Source: Thermodesulfobacteriota bacterium (lineage in GTDB: Bacteria; Desulfobacterota; Dissulfuribacteria; Dissulfuribacterales; QOAL01). Taken from it: a stretch of DNA of 64,000 nt. The DNA lies in assembly GCA_013154175.1 (NCBI GenBank), contig JAADCZ010000144.1, forward strand, positions 6,928-70,927, given 5' to 3'. Positions 8,421 to 17,977 of this stretch are shown here, one piece after another. A program made the translations under genes and the position numbers. The notes under the pieces were generated by a model. It was not told the DNA's origin. It searched no databases and saw only the letters and a list, made by a program, of their open reading frames with translations. Every line of letters begins with the position of its first letter. Within the stretch, counting starts at the first letter, position 1.

Positions 8421-10229
8421 ATGCCTTATGGACAAATTCTAGAGTTAATGGTTGCACTGATTTTGGTGCAAAGTGGACCTGAAAATGCACCAGCCAACCT
8501 GGGCTTTTTTTATGTCTTGTTTTTGTTCGCCCTAAAGACCTTTGGCTGGGTGCTGTTTTGTTGCTGGAACACCAGGCGGTTGTTTGGGGCAAGGCGTGCA
8601 CTGAGACCAGAGGCCATCGAGTGGCTTGCTCTGGTGCCTCTGGTTATAGATTTTTATTTTTTGAGGCTCAATGGCCTCTTATTGCCCCTGGGCCGCACGC
8701 TGCACTTGCCTTCACTGGCTGAACTCGTGGGAGTCGTTCTGTTTATTTCCTACCTTGCTATATCTTGGGCCTGCCAGGAGGCTCTGGCAGGACGTTACAG
8801 AGCCCCCAATTGGTCGCGGGTTTATAACAGATTGACCCTCCTTTTGCCCATTTTACTGCCCTATTTTGTCATAACCATAGCAGCAGACATTCTTACCCAA
8901 CTTCCCTTCAAGTGGGTACACGAGGCATTTTCAGGCCCTTATGCCTCCTTATATCTGCTGGCAATTTTGCTGGCCTTTTTTTTCTTCATCTTGCCAGGGC
9001 TTGTAAAACGGTTATGGAAGTGTGTACCTCTTCCGCCATCTCCCCTCAGAAAGGCCATCGAGGAGGCCCTTGCCCGCCAGGGAATATCCTTTTCAGACAT
9101 ACTGCTCTGGCGTGCTGGGGAGGCCATGGCATGTACAGCTGCGGTCATAGGTATATTGCCGGGTTTCAGGTACATTCTCCTAACGCCATGTCTCATACAG
9201 CACCTGTCTCAGGAAGAGGTTGAGGCTGTAATCGCCCACGAGGCCGAACATGTAAGACGCAAGCATCTTCTCTGGTATCTCTTCTTCTTGCTGACCTATT
9301 CCTATCTCCTTTATCGTCTGTCAGACCCCATTATCAGTCTTTTGCTTTCGAGCCCAACGGTGTTGAAGTATCTCCTCGAGTTAGAAAGGCTGCCAGGCTC
9401 CATATCTGCCCTCCTTGCTGCAATACCAATCGGGGTTCTCACTCTATTTTTTTTCCGTTATGTGCTTGGCTATTTCATGAGAAATTTTGAAAGGCAGGCA
9501 GATGCAGCGGTATTCAGGGTACATGGTCATCCATTTGCTCTCATTAGTGCCTTGAGGAAGGTGGCCCTTCTGTCTGGTATAGATCCGTCCCGTCCAAATT
9601 GGCATCATTACAGCATAAATGAAAGGATCAAGTTCCTTGAGGAGGCATTTCGCAACAAAGAGTTGCTTGAATCCCATGATAGCCATCTCATGAAGGCAAA
9701 GGCCGTGTTCATATCCTTTTCCCTGGTCTGCGTAATCATGGCTAGCCTCATGCCCACTGGCACTTGGCAAAAGAAGGCAAGGGTGAATATGGCTGTCTTG
9801 CTCTACAACGAGTTCATCAAGCAAAAAAAGAAGGATCCCATGTGGCTCACGGAAATCGGGATTTTGTTTTTTGAAAATGGGATGTATGAACAGGCCGACA
9901 AGGCCCTAAGGGAGGCGCTGAAGCTTGCGCCCGACAATCCCGACATTCTCAACAATGTGGCATGGTTCTACGTAAAAGCAAAGGACAAGAGATTCTATGA
10001 TCCACGACAGGCCTTGCTCCTCGCCATGGAGGCGGCGCGCCTCAAGCCAGAAAGCTATATCCTGGATACCCTGGCAGAATGCTTTTTTGCAAACGGTTAT
10101 ATAGACAGGGCTATTGCAACGGAACGCCTAGCCTTGCAAAGGGCAAGGAAGAATAAGGTCTATTACCAGAAACAACTGGAAAGATTCCTCAGGGCCTTGA
10201 AAAAGGGCACATCTATGAAAAGTGGTTGA
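8421..10229 (+). CDS. M48-family zinc metallopeptidase with polytopic membrane N-terminus and C-terminal TPR repeats
   Basis: It has the HEAEHVRRKH (HExxH) motif, multiple TM segments and a TPR-like C-terminus (YEQADKALREALKLAPDNPDILNNVAWFY). The start codon is uncertain because there is no clear RBS. Confidence 0.75.
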   Translation: MPYGQILELMVALILVQSGPENAPANLGFFYVLFLFALKTFGWVLFCCWNTRRLFGARRALRPEAIEWLALVPLVIDFYFLRLNGLLLPLGRTLHLPSLAELVGVVLFISYLAISWACQEALAGRYRAPNWSRVYNRLTLLLPILLPYFVITIAADILTQLPFKWVHEAFSGPYASLYLLAILLAFFFFILPGLVKRLWKCVPLPPSPLRKAIEEALARQGISFSDILLWRAGEAMACTAAVIGILPGFRYILLTPCLIQHLSQEEVEAVIAHEAEHVRRKHLLWYLFFLLTYSYLLYRLSDPIISLLLSSPTVLKYLLELERLPGSISALLAAIPIGVLTLFFFRYVLGYFMRNFERQADAAVFRVHGHPFALISALRKVALLSGIDPSRPNWHHYSINERIKFLEEAFRNKELLESHDSHLMKAKAVFISFSLVCVIMASLMPTGTWQKKARVNMAVLLYNEFIKQKKKDPMWLTEIGILFFENGMYEQADKALREALKLAPDNPDILNNVAWFYVKAKDKRFYDPRQALLLAMEAARLKPESYILDTLAECFFANGYIDRAIATERLALQRARKNKVYYQKQLERFLRALKKGTSMKSG

Positions 10230-12102
10230 TATTATGCAGCTTCTTATCCTTCTCTAGAACCGCATTCACTATGGAGAAGAGCTCTTTCATCTTGAAGGGT
10301 TTTCGCAGGTAGGGCAGTTTGTATTTTTTGAGAAAATTTATGGTTTCCAGATCAGACACTATACCCGTTGTAAATATAACCTTGTTCCTATACTCGGGAA
10401 ATTCCTTTAGAAGCCGCTCATAGAGTTCAATGCCGTCCATTTCTGGCATTTTCAGGTCCGTAATGATTACGTCCATTTTCTGCCTTTTTAGCTTTTCAAT
10501 GGCCTCCAGCCCGTTTGAGGCCCTAACGGCATGAAATCTTTGGGAAAAGACTTCTATTAACAGCTCCGATATTTCATATTCATCATCTACAACCAAGATC
10601 CAAGGTTTTTTTTTCAGGTTGAAGTGAATGATGTTGTTTTCGTCTGAGACCATTTCGCCACACGTTCCAGAGGTGTTGGTTGGCAATTTTATTGTAAAAG
10701 ATGTGTAGCCAGGCTTTGAAAACACATTAATGTCTCCACCGTGTTCCTTTATTATGCCGTGGCATATGCTCAGGCCAAGCCCTGTTCCCTCCTTTTTGTT
10801 CTTTGTACTAAAGAAGGGGTCAAAAATATTTTTTATTATTTCTTCCGGTATGCCTGGCCCATCGTCGGTAATCTTTATCAAGACATGGCCACCTTGGGCA
10901 GATGTTTCGATGCGGACTGTCCCCCCATCTGGTGCCAAGGCATCGATGGCGTTTTTCATCACGTTTGTAATGACCTGTTCAATCTGGTGGGGGTCTGCCA
11001 TGATCCCTGGCAGGGCAGGGTCTAGATGCTTTTCGATTTTTATCACAGTGCCCTGGCTTACACACGTCGAGACCAGGCTGCACGCATTTTCGATTATGTC
11101 ATTTATGTTGCATTCTATTTTGGTTGGCTTCTCCCTTCGCGAGAACAGCAGCAGGGAGTTGACGATTTTCTTAGCACCCTGGGAGGCTGTACGAATACTT
11201 TCAATGGCCCTTTCGAGCTGCTCCTTGTTCATATCTGCCGAAAGGATTTCCGCATAGCCAAGGATGGGGGTGAGCTTGTTGTTGAGTTCGTGGGCCACTG
11301 TGGCCATCATCTCGCCCATGGTCGCAAGACGTTCGGCCCTTATCAATCTATTCCACAAGACGTCTCTTTCTGTAATCTCCCTGCAAATGAAGATGATTCC
11401 CTGTTCGATGTGTTCTCCCAAGGTATTGGCCAAACGCAGCTCCACAGGCACGGTATTGCCCTTGCAGTCCCGAAAGACTACCTCCTCCATGAAAAAGGCA
11501 CCAGGAAACCTGTAAAGGAGGTCCATTTTGGACTTGAGCTGTTCCTGAAAGCCAAAATCCACAAAGTCCAGTATTGGCCTGTTAATGAGCTCTTTTTGTG
11601 GGCATCTGAGAATGGCTGCCATCTTGGGATTTGCATAATGGATGACATCATTTTTCACTATCAGATACCCCTCGTTCATGTCTTCTATGAGGGCCCTGTA
11701 TCTCTCCTTGGCCAGGGCTATCTCATCCATCATGGCGATGTGTTCCAAGGCCCGCTGGAGAGCATGGTATAATAGGTCGAATTCAAAGGGTTTGGTCACA
11801 TAGTCGAATGCGCCATTTCTGAGGGCATCAACTGCATTTTCAAGGGATGCATGCCCTGTCATCACAATGACCCTTGTTTTGGGGCAGTATTCCCGACAAT
11901 ATTTCATGATGTCCGAGCCTGTACCATCTTCCAGATAGTAGTCCGTGACTACAACGTCGAAAAATTCTTCTGCCAGCTTGGAAAGGCCATCCTCTACCGA
12001 GGCGCATACGGTAGTATTGAAGCCGGAATGATCCAGAAGGAGCTTTAGGGTGTCTCTCATCTCCTGCTCGTCGTCTATCACCAGGACAGATCCTGAAATC
12101 AT
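10213..12102 (-). CDS. Hybrid sensor histidine kinase (REC-PAS-HisKA-HATPase-REC)
   Basis: It has an N-terminal receiver (VLVIDDE...TDYYLEDG), an H-box VAHELNNKLTPILGY, a G-box GTGLGLSICHGIIKEHGG and a C-terminal receiver (ILVVDDE...DLKMPEMDG). Confidence 0.85.
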   Translation of the reverse strand: MISGSVLVIDDEQEMRDTLKLLLDHSGFNTTVCASVEDGLSKLAEEFFDVVVTDYYLEDGTGSDIMKYCREYCPKTRVIVMTGHASLENAVDALRNGAFDYVTKPFEFDLLYHALQRALEHIAMMDEIALAKERYRALIEDMNEGYLIVKNDVIHYANPKMAAILRCPQKELINRPILDFVDFGFQEQLKSKMDLLYRFPGAFFMEEVVFRDCKGNTVPVELRLANTLGEHIEQGIIFICREITERDVLWNRLIRAERLATMGEMMATVAHELNNKLTPILGYAEILSADMNKEQLERAIESIRTASQGAKKIVNSLLLFSRREKPTKIECNINDIIENACSLVSTCVSQGTVIKIEKHLDPALPGIMADPHQIEQVITNVMKNAIDALAPDGGTVRIETSAQGGHVLIKITDDGPGIPEEIIKNIFDPFFSTKNKKEGTGLGLSICHGIIKEHGGDINVFSKPGYTSFTIKLPTNTSGTCGEMVSDENNIIHFNLKKKPWILVVDDEYEISELLIEVFSQRFHAVRASNGLEAIEKLKRQKMDVIITDLKMPEMDGIELYERLLKEFPEYRNKVIFTTGIVSDLETINFLKKYKLPYLRKPFKMKELFSIVNAVLEKDKKLHNINHFS

Positions 12103-14672
12103 AAGACTCCTCCCCCGCTACAGCCGTCATTATCTGCGTTATCTACTGTCGGAATCCTGATTAGAAAATATGCCCCAAACCCCTCTTTTTCTACGAGGGA
12201 AATTTCCCCACCAACGGCCTTAACCAAGCCGTAACATACAGAGAGCCCTAGCCCCGAGTTTTTATCACCCTTGGTGGTTACAAAGGGAGAAAATATTTTT
12301 TCCTTGAGATGTTCCGGTACTCCAGGGCCGGTATCACCAAACTCTATGACGATCCATCCATTTTCCTGGTGCGCCCCTATAAAAATTGTCCCTTCCGAGC
12401 CCATGGCCTCCTGGGAGTTTTTGAGCAAGTTGAGAAAAAGCTGCTTCATTTCATCCTTAGATAGGGCAACTGCAGGAAGGTTGTCGGGTATGTCAGTTTT
12501 GAGCTCGATATTTTTTTCAGAAAGGCCTGGCCTCACAAGAGGAATAATTTCTGAAATTATTTCCTTCAGGTTGGATTTTGCCCTCGAGGTCGCCTTTTCC
12601 TTGTTTTGTCTGGAAAAGTCGGCCAGCTGTCTGATTATTCTTGCGACCCTATCAATCTCTGACCCAATGGCATCAATGGTTTTATCCTCAATTTTGCCGG
12701 TTTCTTTTTGGATTTTTAGAATTTTCAAAAGATTTTTGATGATTCCCAGGGGGTTATTCACCTCATGAACAACACTTCTGGCAATTTCGCTGGCCGCACC
12801 CAACCGTTCTGCCTGAATGAGCTTCTTCTGGGCCCTTTTAAGCTCCTGGGTCCTTTTGATGAGTTCCTTCTCAAGCCACAGGGCCCTTTTTTGCCTTTCG
12901 TTCTCAAGGGCCACCGTATCCGTGACGTCCTTCAAGAAAAACAGGAGACTGGTGGACCTTGGAAAGGGCAAGTTGGTAATTTCAATTTCGAGCCATTTAG
13001 TTTTTCCGCTTTTGGTGGTTATCCTTTTTCGGCCTATGCTTCTGGGGCCATTGAGGGTTTCAAGGTCTGCTGGCCGTTCCAGGGGGAGGATGTCGTCGAT
13101 GTTTATTATGTCATTGTCGTGCAAGATATATGTGTTGAGTTCCAGGAGCTCCTGGGCAGACGGATTTACAAAGGTTATGTGCCCGTTTTCGTCGGTTATG
13201 ATTATTCCTGCCGGGCAGTGACGTATGAGAGCCTTGTTTATTACGTGTTCCCGTTCCCATAGATGTCTGTAGGTTATTCCCCTGAGTATATGGGCAAATT
13301 GGCGAGCTACGAGTTTCAGAAAATCTATTGATTCTTGCAGTCCTTCCCACTGGGCGGAAGAGGCCCTGAGCGCCATGGCCCCTACTTTGTCAAGGCCCAC
13401 GGCCAAGGGCAGGGCGATATAATCACCTCCCAAATACTCTTTTATCTGCTGATCAATCAGGCGCATGGGGCGTTCTTGAAAAAAGTCCCCTGTGAAGACA
13501 GGGCTTGCTCTTTTGAAGGCCTCGTCCCAAATGGTCTCATTCAAATCTATGATGTGTATTTGGCTTGCAATGGAGTCGTCCTTGGTACCCCGTGCGGCAA
13601 CACCCTTGAGGGAGTTGTTGGCATATTTGAACAGCAAGCCACACTGGAGGTTTGTCAACGTGGCCAAGGCCGCAAATATTTTCTCCTGAAGCTCCTTTCC
13701 TGACCTTATTAGTAGGAGGGATTCCAGGATGCCAACCAGGGTCGCTAAATCTGTGGTTTTGTCCCTGAGTGTCGTAAGGGCGGTATCATCTCCGGATGAA
13801 TCAGCGAGCCCCTTTTTATGTGTGATTTCCAGACCAAATTCAGAAGCGGTGGCCCCTAAGCCTTCCTCTGTTTCCCTGAGAAGGCGTTGGAGCTGATTTT
13901 TTGTTATTTTTATGCCAATAATATGACATTGGTTCAGCAACTCAGCCACTGACAGTTCGCTTTCCTTTGCCAAAAAGTGTGCTGCTATGTCGCCGAGATA
14001 TATAAGACCAAGGAAAGGCGTGGATTTTACAAGCTCTTGAGGCATCTTGTGGTGGAAGCGTGCTGCTGAGCAAATGTTGACAGGAAGACGCCACTGGGTG
14101 AGAAGCTGAAATCCTTCTTCTGTATGGTCCCTTCCCCATGTTTTGACCTCAGACTCAAGAACCGTCTGGCCTGTCCTGGGGTTTTGAACGATCTTGTCAA
14201 AATCTTCAGGTCTTTTCACTACCAGCGACAGCTGGCCAATGTCGTGAAGCAGGCCGGCAACGAAGGCTTCATCTTCAGATATTGGTACAGGGAGAAATTG
14301 TGTCAATTTTTTGCACAAAATTGCACAACAAAGACTGTGATTCCAAAATTTGTTGATTGAGAATCGTCCGGGAATCTTCAGCCTGCCAAGGGTTTGGCAC
14401 ACTGCCGCAGTTATGGCTATGTGTCTCAGGGTGGAAGTGCCGAGAATCAAAGAGGCCTGCACCAATGATTTGACTGGCTGGCCGGGGTTTACAAGGGCAG
14501 AGTTGGCAATTCTCAATATTTGCGCAGATAGGGCAGGGTCCTGACTGGCTAGTTCTGCCAACTCTTTGACGGATTTTCTTTCATCGTCTGTGGATTCTAT
14601 CAGTTTGAGTATAACCGCAGGGAGTGAAGGGAGAACGGGGTTTTGGAGTGTTGTTGGACAGGACGTGGTCAT
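12099..14672 (-). CDS. HDOD-GAF-like-PAS sensor histidine kinase
   Basis: It has an N-terminal HDOD (LAELASQDPALSAQILRIANSALV, LLHDIGQ), PAS (GIIITDENGHITFVNPSAQELL), an H-box VHEVNNPLGII and GLGLSVCYGLVKAVGG. It overlaps the downstream kinase gene by 4 nt. Confidence 0.85.
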   Translation of the reverse strand: MTTSCPTTLQNPVLPSLPAVILKLIESTDDERKSVKELAELASQDPALSAQILRIANSALVNPGQPVKSLVQASLILGTSTLRHIAITAAVCQTLGRLKIPGRFSINKFWNHSLCCAILCKKLTQFLPVPISEDEAFVAGLLHDIGQLSLVVKRPEDFDKIVQNPRTGQTVLESEVKTWGRDHTEEGFQLLTQWRLPVNICSAARFHHKMPQELVKSTPFLGLIYLGDIAAHFLAKESELSVAELLNQCHIIGIKITKNQLQRLLRETEEGLGATASEFGLEITHKKGLADSSGDDTALTTLRDKTTDLATLVGILESLLLIRSGKELQEKIFAALATLTNLQCGLLFKYANNSLKGVAARGTKDDSIASQIHIIDLNETIWDEAFKRASPVFTGDFFQERPMRLIDQQIKEYLGGDYIALPLAVGLDKVGAMALRASSAQWEGLQESIDFLKLVARQFAHILRGITYRHLWEREHVINKALIRHCPAGIIITDENGHITFVNPSAQELLELNTYILHDNDIINIDDILPLERPADLETLNGPRSIGRKRITTKSGKTKWLEIEITNLPFPRSTSLLFFLKDVTDTVALENERQKRALWLEKELIKRTQELKRAQKKLIQAERLGAASEIARSVVHEVNNPLGIIKNLLKILKIQKETGKIEDKTIDAIGSEIDRVARIIRQLADFSRQNKEKATSRAKSNLKEIISEIIPLVRPGLSEKNIELKTDIPDNLPAVALSKDEMKQLFLNLLKNSQEAMGSEGTIFIGAHQENGWIVIEFGDTGPGVPEHLKEKIFSPFVTTKGDKNSGLGLSVCYGLVKAVGGEISLVEKEGFGAYFLIRIPTVDNADNDGCSGGGVL

Positions 14673-15025
14673 TAATTTTTCAAGTTTTTAAATAGCTGTT
14701 AAATTTAATTAGTATTATAACTAACTTTTAAGATCATTTTTTTCAAGTTAAACCATGAGTTTTTTGAAAGTTTTTAACAAATTATTAAAAGTTTTTTCAC
14801 ATACTTTTCAAAAATTTTTTCACAATAAAGCCGCGATGTTAGTTCAATAATTCACTTATGCAAAATTTTGACCTTTCTATACTATAATTTGTTGTTTTAG
14901 CCAGGAAATTATCAAAATTTTGTGGTCAACCCATCTTTACAAAAAGCAATATTTGAGCTTTATTTAATATCTAAAATTTAAAGTGTTAAAGACTAATTTT
15001 TAAAAGTGAAAATTTAAGAAACATC

Positions 15026-15430
15026 ATGTCAGAAATACTCGAAATTGAGATTAGCACAGGGGCACAAACCGAATTTGTGGACATTACCGACAAGGTACGT
15101 CATGCAGTGAAGCAGCTGGGTGTCAGTTCAGGCGTTCTGACCATATATTGCCCTCACACCACAGGAGCCATTACAATCAATGAAGGTGCTGATCCGGCAG
15201 TAAGACGAGATCTTGTGGCTGTTCTCAATGCCATTGTTCCTTGGAAGTTCGATTACAAGCATCTCGAAGGCAATTCACCAGCTCACATGAAGGCATCCCT
15301 GATAGGCGAATCGGTTCAGGTTTTGGTGGAGGATGAGCGACTCATGCTAGGCACATGGCAGAGGATATTCTTTTGCGAATTTGATGGTCCAAGGAAGAGG
15401 CGAGTGTGGGTCAAGGCGATAGTGGCATGA
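15026..15430 (+). CDS. yjbQ: YjbQ/UPF0047 family protein (secondary thiamine-phosphate synthase)
   Basis: The sequence is typical of the family: FVDITDKV...GVLTIYCPHTTGAITINEGADP...HLEGNSPAHMKASL. Confidence 0.8.
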   Translation: MSEILEIEISTGAQTEFVDITDKVRHAVKQLGVSSGVLTIYCPHTTGAITINEGADPAVRRDLVAVLNAIVPWKFDYKHLEGNSPAHMKASLIGESVQVLVEDERLMLGTWQRIFFCEFDGPRKRRVWVKAIVA

Positions 15431-15596
15431 TATTTTCTTTTTGAACCCCTTGTAACTCAAATAGCAAGTCATACTTTAGATAAATAGTGCAATCAGGTCT
15501 TCCCAAAGGGCGAAGTATCATAATGGTTTTTAAAGTAGAGGTACATTTTTTCGCGATTTAGAAGCCAATGGGGGGTGTTTCCAGAGGAGGAAGAAC

Positions 15597-17057
15597 GTGG
15601 TCAGCTCTCAAACCCATTCTAAGACAGGGTTTAGCCTAGGCGAACTATTCATGGCTATACTCGCTTCAGGTTTTGTAATAATGATGCTAACTGTTTGTTG
15701 GCGTCAGGATATTGACGAAAAGGTATTGGTGAGACAGGCACAACTGCCAGAAGGGCCGGCATCAGCCCTTTTTGATTTTGATGAAACCTATTTCACAGAG
15801 CCTTTTATCTTCCCCAAGGAAGTGTCCGAGAATTTTCCAGAACCCTCTTCATGTTCCATCTATGCCGATTCGGATGTTGAAGGGGGCGGGGTCATCAAGA
15901 TTGAGGGGTTTCTTGAAAAGGGAGAGTCTCCGGATGCAAGCCTTGCCAAGTTCAATATAGAGCCCAAAATTCGCCACCAGCTACTAAAATCTCTCTCCAA
16001 GGCTGTGAACCTCAGGAGATGCAGGCAGGGTGAACGCTATGTTCTATCTTTTTCCAAGGATGGAAAGGTGGTGGGGCTAAAATGGGAGAAGGGCCCCTTC
16101 GAGGAATATCAGGTAGTCCTCGAGGAAAATGGCAAATTCAAGCTATCTAGGGCCCCGGTTGTGATAGAGAGCAGGCTGGTTAAGGTTTCGGGGCAGTTTA
16201 CCAGCGGACTTTATGATTCCTTTGCAAATTACGGCCTTAGCTCCCGCATGGCCCGGATGTTCGGGGAAATCTTCTCCACAAAGGTAGATTTCAACTCAGA
16301 TATCAGGCTTGGGGATTCCTTTTCGATAATTTTCAACAAGTATTATAAAAATGGTAAGTATGTAGGGGCCGGCCGTATTTTGGCTGCACAGTACTGTTCC
16401 ATTGGGGGTAGCTGCTACGAGGCCTACTACTATCAGGACAAGGATGGAAAAAAAGGTGCCAAAAGAGAATATGGCTATTTCGGCCCAGATGGAAGCTCGC
16501 TTTCAAATTCTTTTCTGAGAACGCCCCTGAAGGTCTATCGCGTAACCTCGCGCTTTACCACAAGAAGGTTTCATCCACTCCTCAAGGTTCCAAGACCCCA
16601 TTATGGCGTTGATCTTGCCGCACCAATCGGTACTCCGATAATGGCAGTGGCTGATGGCACTGTCACGTTTACAGGCTGGCAGAGGGGCTACGGCAGGATA
16701 ATCGTCATAAAACACAAGGATGACTACAAAACCTACTATGGACACTTGCTCAGGTTTGCCAAGGGCATCAGAAAGGGCAAGAGGGTCCACAAAAAGCAAA
16801 TCATAGGTTACGTTGGCAGAAGTGGTTATGCCACTGGACCACATCTTGATTATCGGGTTTGGCACAAGGGACGCTTCATTAATCCATTAAAGATGCGCCT
16901 GCCTTCAATTGAGAAATTGACTGGGGCGAGGTTGAAGCGTTTTCTAAAAAGATACAACGAATTTCATGCCATCTTGCATGACAAGAATGTTGTAACTGGA
17001 ATCATTTCTGTGAAGAAAGAGACTGTAAATCACAAACCAAACGATTTGACCGGTTGA
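15597..17057 (+). CDS. M23 (LytM) family peptidoglycan metalloendopeptidase
   Basis: It has HYGVDLAAPIGTPIMAVADGTV...YYGHL...GYATGPHLDY. It starts at GTG with a GGAGGA RBS and has an N-terminal TM anchor. Confidence 0.8.
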   Translation: MVSSQTHSKTGFSLGELFMAILASGFVIMMLTVCWRQDIDEKVLVRQAQLPEGPASALFDFDETYFTEPFIFPKEVSENFPEPSSCSIYADSDVEGGGVIKIEGFLEKGESPDASLAKFNIEPKIRHQLLKSLSKAVNLRRCRQGERYVLSFSKDGKVVGLKWEKGPFEEYQVVLEENGKFKLSRAPVVIESRLVKVSGQFTSGLYDSFANYGLSSRMARMFGEIFSTKVDFNSDIRLGDSFSIIFNKYYKNGKYVGAGRILAAQYCSIGGSCYEAYYYQDKDGKKGAKREYGYFGPDGSSLSNSFLRTPLKVYRVTSRFTTRRFHPLLKVPRPHYGVDLAAPIGTPIMAVADGTVTFTGWQRGYGRIIVIKHKDDYKTYYGHLLRFAKGIRKGKRVHKKQIIGYVGRSGYATGPHLDYRVWHKGRFINPLKMRLPSIEKLTGARLKRFLKRYNEFHAILHDKNVVTGIISVKKETVNHKPNDLTG

Positions 17058-17062
17058 ACCCT

Positions 17063-17968
17063 ATGAAGAAAACGTTTTTTCACCTAGTTGTCACTTCGAT
17101 TTTTATTTTTGTTTTATGTCTCAGCAGCCATGCACAGAAACCACCTGTTGACGATTCGGTTTCTGGTGCATGTGCAAAGGTGCCGGCTGTCTTCAGGCAG
17201 CTTACGGCTTCCCTTGTAAAGGATGGATTTGACCAGGAAGAAATCTGCAGGATCTTTTCGCACCCTTCAGTACGGTTCAATCCCAAGGTGATGCCTAGGA
17301 AGGTCACTCACAAGGAGGCGGCCCTTCATTATGAAAAGTTTCTTGAAAAGAGCAGGATAAAAAGGGCCAAGAAGTACCTCGAACGCAACAGACATATATT
17401 TGACGAGGTGGAAAAGGAGTATGGCATCCCCAAGGAAGTCAAGGTGGCCATACTGCTGGTGGAAACGGACCTTGGCAGATATTTGGGTTCTGACCTCGCC
17501 CTGAATAACTTGGCAAGTATGGCGGTGGCCTCGGACCTGGACAAGGTTAAGTCATATCTGCCAGCTTCCTACAAACATCTCAGCCCCAAGGAGAGGGCCA
17601 AGCTGCAAAAAAGACTCAAGAGCAAGTCCAAATGGGCATATTCAGAACTTAAAAGCCTGATTATCTATTCCAAGACCAACGGACTGGATATCCACAAGAT
17701 CAAGGGGTCTATCTTTGGTGCCATTGGTCTGTGCCAGTTCATGCCATCAAACGCCCTGAAATTTGGGGTGGATTTCAACAAGGATGGCAAGGTGGATCTT
17801 TTCGATCCGGCTGACGCCATCGCCAGCATGGCCAATTACCTGCAGCATTATGGCTGGAAGCCAGATCTAAAAAGGGTCTCTCAAATAAAGGTAATCAAGC
17901 ACTACAATCATAGCACTCCATACGCCAATACAGTCCTGGAGGTTGCCAAAAAGGTAGGGCATATTTGA
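17063..17968 (+). CDS. Lytic murein transglycosylase (MltB-like)
   Basis: It has a signal peptide from the ATG at 17063, a catalytic-Glu motif ILLVETDLG and GAIGLCQFMPSN. Confidence 0.75.
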   Translation: MKKTFFHLVVTSIFIFVLCLSSHAQKPPVDDSVSGACAKVPAVFRQLTASLVKDGFDQEEICRIFSHPSVRFNPKVMPRKVTHKEAALHYEKFLEKSRIKRAKKYLERNRHIFDEVEKEYGIPKEVKVAILLVETDLGRYLGSDLALNNLASMAVASDLDKVKSYLPASYKHLSPKERAKLQKRLKSKSKWAYSELKSLIIYSKTNGLDIHKIKGSIFGAIGLCQFMPSNALKFGVDFNKDGKVDLFDPADAIASMANYLQHYGWKPDLKRVSQIKVIKHYNHSTPYANTVLEVAKKVGHI

Positions 17969-17977
17969 TTTAGGCAA

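Noticed and set aside
8409-8421. Possible leaderless mRNAs: TACAAT 7 nt before the M48 protease ATG (8421), and TATAAT (25678-25683) 12 nt before the ispG ATG (25696). Both genes lack an SD.
   Set aside because: Neither has a convincing -35 element at proper spacing, and alternative start codons exist. This cannot be supported without TSS data.
14673-15025. The AT-rich region as a possible chromosomal replication origin.
   Set aside because: It contains only one weak DnaA-box-like 9-mer (TGTGGTCAA) and no box cluster. No dnaA, dnaN or gidA genes are nearby.
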